64,000 bases of DNA from an uncultured Chlamydiae bacterium. GTDB lineage: Bacteria; Chlamydiota; Chlamydiia; Chlamydiales; Parachlamydiaceae. The translations under genes and the position numbers were made by a program. The notes under the pieces are model-generated. The model did no database searches. It had not been told where the DNA came from and worked only from the letters and a program-made list of their open reading frames with translations. Below are positions 59,271 to 64,000 of the stretch, piece by piece (position 1 is the stretch's first letter; every line of letters starts with the position of its first letter). The DNA is taken from assembly GCA_963830365.1 (NCBI GenBank), contig CAWHMU010000039.1:20841-84840 (forward strand), written 5' to 3'.

Positions 59271-61406
59271 TTAAAAAAATGTCTCCGCTATAATTTTTAA
59301 ATCGTCTTTTGCCGCATGACCACTCTGCAGCATTTTTTTCAGTTGTTCTGGAGAGAGCCACTCGCCGCCTGTAAAGTCATCAGGATTATAGTTGATGGGG
59401 CCGTCATAAGAAATCACGTAGACTTCAATGAACCCCCAGGTGTGGTGCACATGAGGGATTAATTTGCCGAGTTTTTTATGGGGCAGGCTCATGACATCGA
59501 GATTGAGATCTTCTGACGTTTGACGTACGAAAGCATCGTAATAGGTTTCGTTGGTTAGGACAGGCCCGCCGACGCTGCAATCGAGCGACAGGGGGAAAAG
59601 TCTTTTAGAAGAGTGGCGAATGGGCACCCATAGCTCCCCTTTAGAATTGACGACAAAAGCATTGACGACGCGGAAATTGCGCACATCCTTTGTATAGATA
59701 TCGTTTTTCGTCATGGCACCAATAACCTCGTCAGCATCAGAGACAAGATCGAGTACTTCATGATCGCCCATATTGACCCATTTTTTTAGTTTTGGAAATT
59801 TATCGGGAGACTTAGCGATCAAATTTTTGTAGGTGCTGAAAGCTTTCCTTTCGGGCTGTAATTGAAAGTGAATGATATTTTTTTCGGTAACAGGAGCTTG
59901 TACAATTCCATGCTGATCGATCACCGGCATGTCTTTTTCTAAAACTGCTTGATAAAGCTCTCTTGAGGCCTCTTTCACATATTCAGCATCGATCGGTGCT
60001 AAACAGTATCTGTTTTTGGGGCTGTCTTTCAATATGTAGCGCGAGTATTGGCCCACATAGGTGATAAGTTCATCGGTCGTTTTATAGAAATAGTGTTCCT
60101 CGCCTTCCATCTTCAGATGTTCTAATAGATCCAGCGGCAGGCCTGCCATTCCCAGATACCTGAAAATATTTTGGTCTTTGCCCCGAAATAGAAGTGTCAA
60201 AACCTTAGGATCAATGGCCAGAGTTTGATCATCGGTAATATGCAAGAGATTTCTGTCGATGCCATCTTTGAGCAGCACATTGGCAAAGGTTAAAACCTCC
60301 GGGTTATTTGAGGTTGAGATCGTGTATGCTTGTGAGAAGATCTTTCTTAACGTGTCTAGTTCTTTAAAAAGGCGCGGAAACTGATCGGCTTCAATGCGGT
60401 TGTCTGTCACGCTGGCATGCTGTTTAAGCGCATAAGCGTCGATCAGTTCTCTGTGTTCTTGTGAAAGAATGGATAGGTCTAGGGCATTTTGAAATTGGTT
60501 GAAGTCGAACAAGCCCACCGGATAGTAGTTCTTTAAATACATCAGATAATGTCTTTGCAGTTCTGCCAACAACCCTTTGGGAGCTTCAATGGAAAAGCTT
60601 CTTGCATAGTCAATAGCAGTGGAGGGCATTTTTAGAAATTCTTCAAAAGTTATCTGCAAACTTTTTTGGGCATTCTTCAGATAGATGGTCATTTTAACAT
60701 CGGCCGAGGAGTAGATCTCAGGCTTGCAACATGCGTTCTTGTAATCTCGAATGAGGCTAAATTTGCGGTCGAGAAACTTGATCAAAAAGAGCGAGGCATA
60801 GTATTTGCCGATTTCGCTGCGAATCGTCAGGATGGATTGTGTTTCTGGATCGTCAACCCATTTAGGATCGCGATAGATGAAGACCCCATTTTTTTCTAGC
60901 GTACGGCACACCTCCCACAAAAATTGATCTAAGCCCCCTTTTATGGGTGTATATGAGTGTACTTCATGCGCCAGGGCTGAGGCGCTAATTCCGCTAAGGG
61001 AGTTGTCGGTAATGCACGACATGTCCGTGGCAGACATCGTAAGAAGCTCAATACTTGGACCTGTCTTGCTGTCGATAAAACGCTCGACTTCAGGTCGTCT
61101 TTTCCGAATAGAGGCCAGCACCAAGGGATCGATATCAGCGGCAATAAGCGTAGGACGGGCATTTTTTGGGAGCTGCTCTGCCATGATCACAATGGAGTCG
61201 CCGCCTGTGCCGATATCGATAAAACGCCCGTCGGGATTTCTTTTGATATGCTCGAGCAGTTCAGTCTTCTCATCCATGCTTTTGCTGATATTGGATAGAT
61301 AGACGTCGATGTATTCCTCTTTATGCTCTACGTTTGCTTGCAGCAGGGTCATAGAAAGGCAAATGGAGAGTAAAAGGAGAGGTTTTTTTAAACGGTTTAA
61401 GCACAT
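59271..61406 (-). CDS. Putative exported SAM-methyltransferase-like / Nudix (IDI-like) fusion protein
   Basis: Signal-like N-terminus; FIDIGTGG, AADID and LEKNGVFIYRD; C-terminal domain LDLVSDADEVIG...KRLFP...GGPV..NETY. Confidence 0.65.
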   Translation of the reverse strand: MCLNRLKKPLLLLSICLSMTLLQANVEHKEEYIDVYLSNISKSMDEKTELLEHIKRNPDGRFIDIGTGGDSIVIMAEQLPKNARPTLIAADIDPLVLASIRKRRPEVERFIDSKTGPSIELLTMSATDMSCITDNSLSGISASALAHEVHSYTPIKGGLDQFLWEVCRTLEKNGVFIYRDPKWVDDPETQSILTIRSEIGKYYASLFLIKFLDRKFSLIRDYKNACCKPEIYSSADVKMTIYLKNAQKSLQITFEEFLKMPSTAIDYARSFSIEAPKGLLAELQRHYLMYLKNYYPVGLFDFNQFQNALDLSILSQEHRELIDAYALKQHASVTDNRIEADQFPRLFKELDTLRKIFSQAYTISTSNNPEVLTFANVLLKDGIDRNLLHITDDQTLAIDPKVLTLLFRGKDQNIFRYLGMAGLPLDLLEHLKMEGEEHYFYKTTDELITYVGQYSRYILKDSPKNRYCLAPIDAEYVKEASRELYQAVLEKDMPVIDQHGIVQAPVTEKNIIHFQLQPERKAFSTYKNLIAKSPDKFPKLKKWVNMGDHEVLDLVSDADEVIGAMTKNDIYTKDVRNFRVVNAFVVNSKGELWVPIRHSSKRLFPLSLDCSVGGPVLTNETYYDAFVRQTSEDLNLDVMSLPHKKLGKLIPHVHHTWGFIEVYVISYDGPINYNPDDFTGGEWLSPEQLKKMLQSGHAAKDDLKIIAETFF

Positions 61407-61684
61407 ATGGTAGGCCTTTAAAGTGTTGAGTAAGGGAGATGTCATTTAGTTTAGAAGGTCATTTTATTTAATATCGCGTTCCCTTTCTTGATCGATGCTT
61501 GACAAAGCTAATCATTGCCAAGCTTGCCAATTCACTCACTACGAGATGCAACATATCTTTGTCTGGGTCTGGGGTCCCCTATATGACTGCTGGGCTCGCC
61601 GTGGCATTTCCTGGGGTATTCCATGAGCTAGTGAGAATTTGACTAAACGATGCATAGTTGTTGGTTAGGGCTGGACAGAAGTTA

Positions 61685-62986
61685 GGTTCATCCGGTTAAT
61701 GAGTGCTTTTGCTCATGAAGATGGAGGAGTCTTAATTTAAAATATTCCATATCTCGAAATCCGTATGCTTGACGTGACATAGTCTTAATTTTGTTATTGA
61801 TCCCTTCGATTTTTCCATTGCTTATCCGATGCTTGAAATAGTTGACTAAGCCCTTAGCATGTCCTAAAAGAGTCCTTCCAACCTTAATTAATGGCTCAAG
61901 ACCGCTCTCAAATACATCCCAAAGCCAACGCAAAAGAAAACTCGAAGCATTCTGCTGAGAAGATTGTTCCCAGAAGAGTCGAAATTGCTCCTTTAGCGTA
62001 TGGGCAATAAGGAGAGGGGCATTGACATCGAGAAGAGCCTGCAATCCCTCTTGTGCTGACTTGTCAAGTGCATTGTAATTCCTGAGTAGGAGAAATCGTT
62101 TCCCTTTCACAACCTTCCGCGATGTTTGATCAAGACTGTTCTGCTGCTGCCTTCGAATCTCATCTAAGGCTTTATTTATTAGAGCATCCACATGAAAGTG
62201 ATCAAATACAATGTCTACTTTTGGCAGAATTGATGTTACGGCTGATGCATAAGGACCACTCATATCCATGGCGATCGCCTTAAGACTTTTTGCTTTTGCA
62301 GCCAATTCTCTGAGGAATGGGGTCACATCATGTTTTGATCTACCCTCAACGGCATGAAGAATACGACCTGTTCGAATGTCGACAAAAATCGTCATATAGT
62401 TATGGCCTTTACGTATGCTAAATTCATCGATGCTTAAAAATTCCAGCTCACCAAAAGGGATCTCTTGATACTTTCTCTTCAGATGGTCCTTATGGATGTT
62501 TTTAACTAGGTCCCAACCTACTCCGAGAAATCGTGCAACTCCTAAAATCGTGCCTATTGCAATAAGACAGAGGACGTACTCTACAAAGGCTTGAACCATT
62601 CGTTGTTTTCCGGGAACAAAGTCCGGTACCGGCCAAGAACACTTACCGCAATCATGACAAGAAATTCTATTCAAAGTGAGATACAAAAAGCATGGCATTT
62701 TTCCCCAAGGAACCATGCGCAGTTTTCTACACTTTTGCCCACGAAAACATACATTGTTTCCCCCGCATTTTGGACAAGAGGGATTATTTCGAGAGCTTTC
62801 GGCGTGAAAAATGATCTTCTCACCCGCGTACTCCGTTGAATGGCACTCGACATTTTTAATTCCGAACAGATACAATAAAGTTGCAGTAGACATGATTTTC
62901 TCCCGGTGTGGTAACCAAGAGACAAATTATTGTTTACTGCATTTTATTATCTACCCTCTTTTATGTACCGATTTGCCGGATGAACC
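61685..62986 (-). mobile_element. Complete ISL3-family insertion sequence (1302 bp)
   Basis: TIR ggttcatccgg / ccggatgaacc; 8-bp TSD AGAAGTTA at 61677-61684 and 62987-62994. Confidence 0.93.
61688..62893 (-). CDS. ISL3-family transposase
   Basis: CPKC/CHDC zinc finger; SIDEF, AMDMS, FDHFHV and SNGKIEGINNKIK...AYGFR motifs. Confidence 0.95.
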   Translation of the reverse strand: MSTATLLYLFGIKNVECHSTEYAGEKIIFHAESSRNNPSCPKCGGNNVCFRGQKCRKLRMVPWGKMPCFLYLTLNRISCHDCGKCSWPVPDFVPGKQRMVQAFVEYVLCLIAIGTILGVARFLGVGWDLVKNIHKDHLKRKYQEIPFGELEFLSIDEFSIRKGHNYMTIFVDIRTGRILHAVEGRSKHDVTPFLRELAAKAKSLKAIAMDMSGPYASAVTSILPKVDIVFDHFHVDALINKALDEIRRQQQNSLDQTSRKVVKGKRFLLLRNYNALDKSAQEGLQALLDVNAPLLIAHTLKEQFRLFWEQSSQQNASSFLLRWLWDVFESGLEPLIKVGRTLLGHAKGLVNYFKHRISNGKIEGINNKIKTMSRQAYGFRDMEYFKLRLLHLHEQKHSLTG

Positions 62987-63429
62987 AGAAGTTAGCGAAA
63001 GTATGGCTGTTAATAGGCCGTTTTTTTCATTTTTCGGCCTCACTTATTTTCAGCTTAGCTTATCTAGCAAACAATATGTCAAATTCTCACTAGATCATGG
63101 TATACCCTCTATTTGGAAGGATCATCCGTCATCCATCATTTTCTCGGTCTGAGCTTTGAAATTTTTATCTTTGGTCGTATAACTTACAGAATAAGCGATT
63201 ACTATGACAGATGGATCGAAGAAACAAGCGGTCTCAGAGCCATTCTCCTAGGGAGCAGGCCTCAACGCAGTCTGCCTCAATCAGCTCTTTTTGAGATTAC
63301 TTTGATTCATCTGACAAATCAGGACCTTTGCCAGGCAGAAGTATTTAGTCCTCAGATTTTGGTAAACTTTCATTATTCGGCCCGTTGTAAACTGTAAGAA
63401 GTCAAGTAAGATTGGTGCAAATAAAAGAA

Positions 63430-63588
63430 GTTAGCCGCAAAAAGCGGCGGCAGCATGTAGCCACAGGCGTAAGCTTGTGGGCACAATACTGATGACATTG
63501 AGCCGTAATAATGGCGACAGTTCCATGGACATGCTGTCGCCGTTATCACGCCTTGGCGTCTTTGGTGACACAACCACAGGCTTACGCC
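63430..63588. repeat. GTAGCCACAGG-family hairpin element with its right arm cut by IS4
   Basis: gttagccgcaaaaagcggcggcagcatgtagccacaggcgtaagcttgtgg ... ccacaggcttacgcc, then an abrupt switch to IS sequence. Confidence 0.8.
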
Positions 63589-64000
63589 CAATGGTGTTAA
63601 GTTAGTACATATATGGTTGATTATAAATCACTTGAAATAGAATGAAAATTCATGATATCTCATTAGGTTCGCAAAAACACTTAAGAGGAGATATCATGAA
63701 AAAGTCGGCTCGTATTATTGGATTTCTAAAAGCTAAAATCCACACAAAAGAATTCATCGTAGAGTGCAGGCTATCACCTAAAGCCTTTCTCAGATGTCGC
63801 TTATTGCCCTTCCCAATTATCTTTTTGTTTATTTTGAATCTCTTACGCAAGAGTATACCAAAAGAGCTAAATTCTTTCAGCAAAGATTTGAAGACAGGAA
63901 AAACTACTCGGTCTGCAGTGACTCAAGCAAGAGCCAAATTTTCTGCTCTAGCATTTATTAAATTGAATAATATTTTTATTGAGGAATTTTATAAAAATGG
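63589..64000 (+). mobile_element. IS4-family element, left end and partial transposase (ATG 63696, runs off the window)
   Basis: GAGGAG RBS; my translation MKKSARII...AFLRCRLLPF...LLRKSIPKEL...TRSAVTQARAKFSALAF resembles IS4 transposase N-termini; putative end caatggtgttaagttag. Confidence 0.75.

Larger units (their letters stand above)
61614..63107. mobile_element. MITE-like element of about 184 bp with 30-bp terminal IRs, interrupted by ISL3
   Basis: gggtattccatgagctagtgagaatttgac (61614-61643) / gtcaaattctcactagatcatggtataccc (63078-63107), 28/30. Confidence 0.6.

Noticed and set aside
63113..63397. 94-aa ORF or possible pseudogene between the IS elements
   Set aside because: No family recognised in any frame I examined
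1..64000. CRISPR array, tRNA or rRNA genes
   Set aside because: No regularly spaced direct repeats with unique spacers, no cas genes and no recognisable tRNA or rRNA motifs; the repeats seen are inverted or dispersed

Overview
This window is chromosomal DNA from an environmental Chlamydiae bacterium, most likely Parachlamydiales-like. The assignment rests on a Slc1/CT043-type T3SS chaperone in the chlamydial order pepA-ssb-slc1-glgX-(spoIID-like)-ruvB, and on adjacent rodZ-rnhC. Housekeeping genes are dinB (frameshifted), asd, pepA, ssb, glgX, ruvB, recD2, dapB, dapA, truA, rnhC, recN, several transporters and czcCBA. Host-interaction genes sit among them: a 1.9-kaa TPR protein; a T3SS translocon cassette (Bsp22/SseB-like filament candidate, SycD chaperone, CopB-like gene split at a C10 tract, CopD-like gene); a divergent lipoxygenase-like gene between dapB and dapA; an NSF/Sec18-like AAA ATPase facing a USP-type deubiquitinase; a 1894-aa PLP-enzyme/CE-clan protease fusion; and a signal-peptide-bearing adenylate kinase paired with a methyltransferase-Nudix fusion. 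Intergenic regions contain at least two families of long inverted-repeat elements, often nested. An intact ISL3 (8-bp TSD) and a partial IS4 each lie inside an inverted-repeat element. No rRNA, tRNA or CRISPR array was seen. All protein calls come from motif recognition by eye, not database searches.
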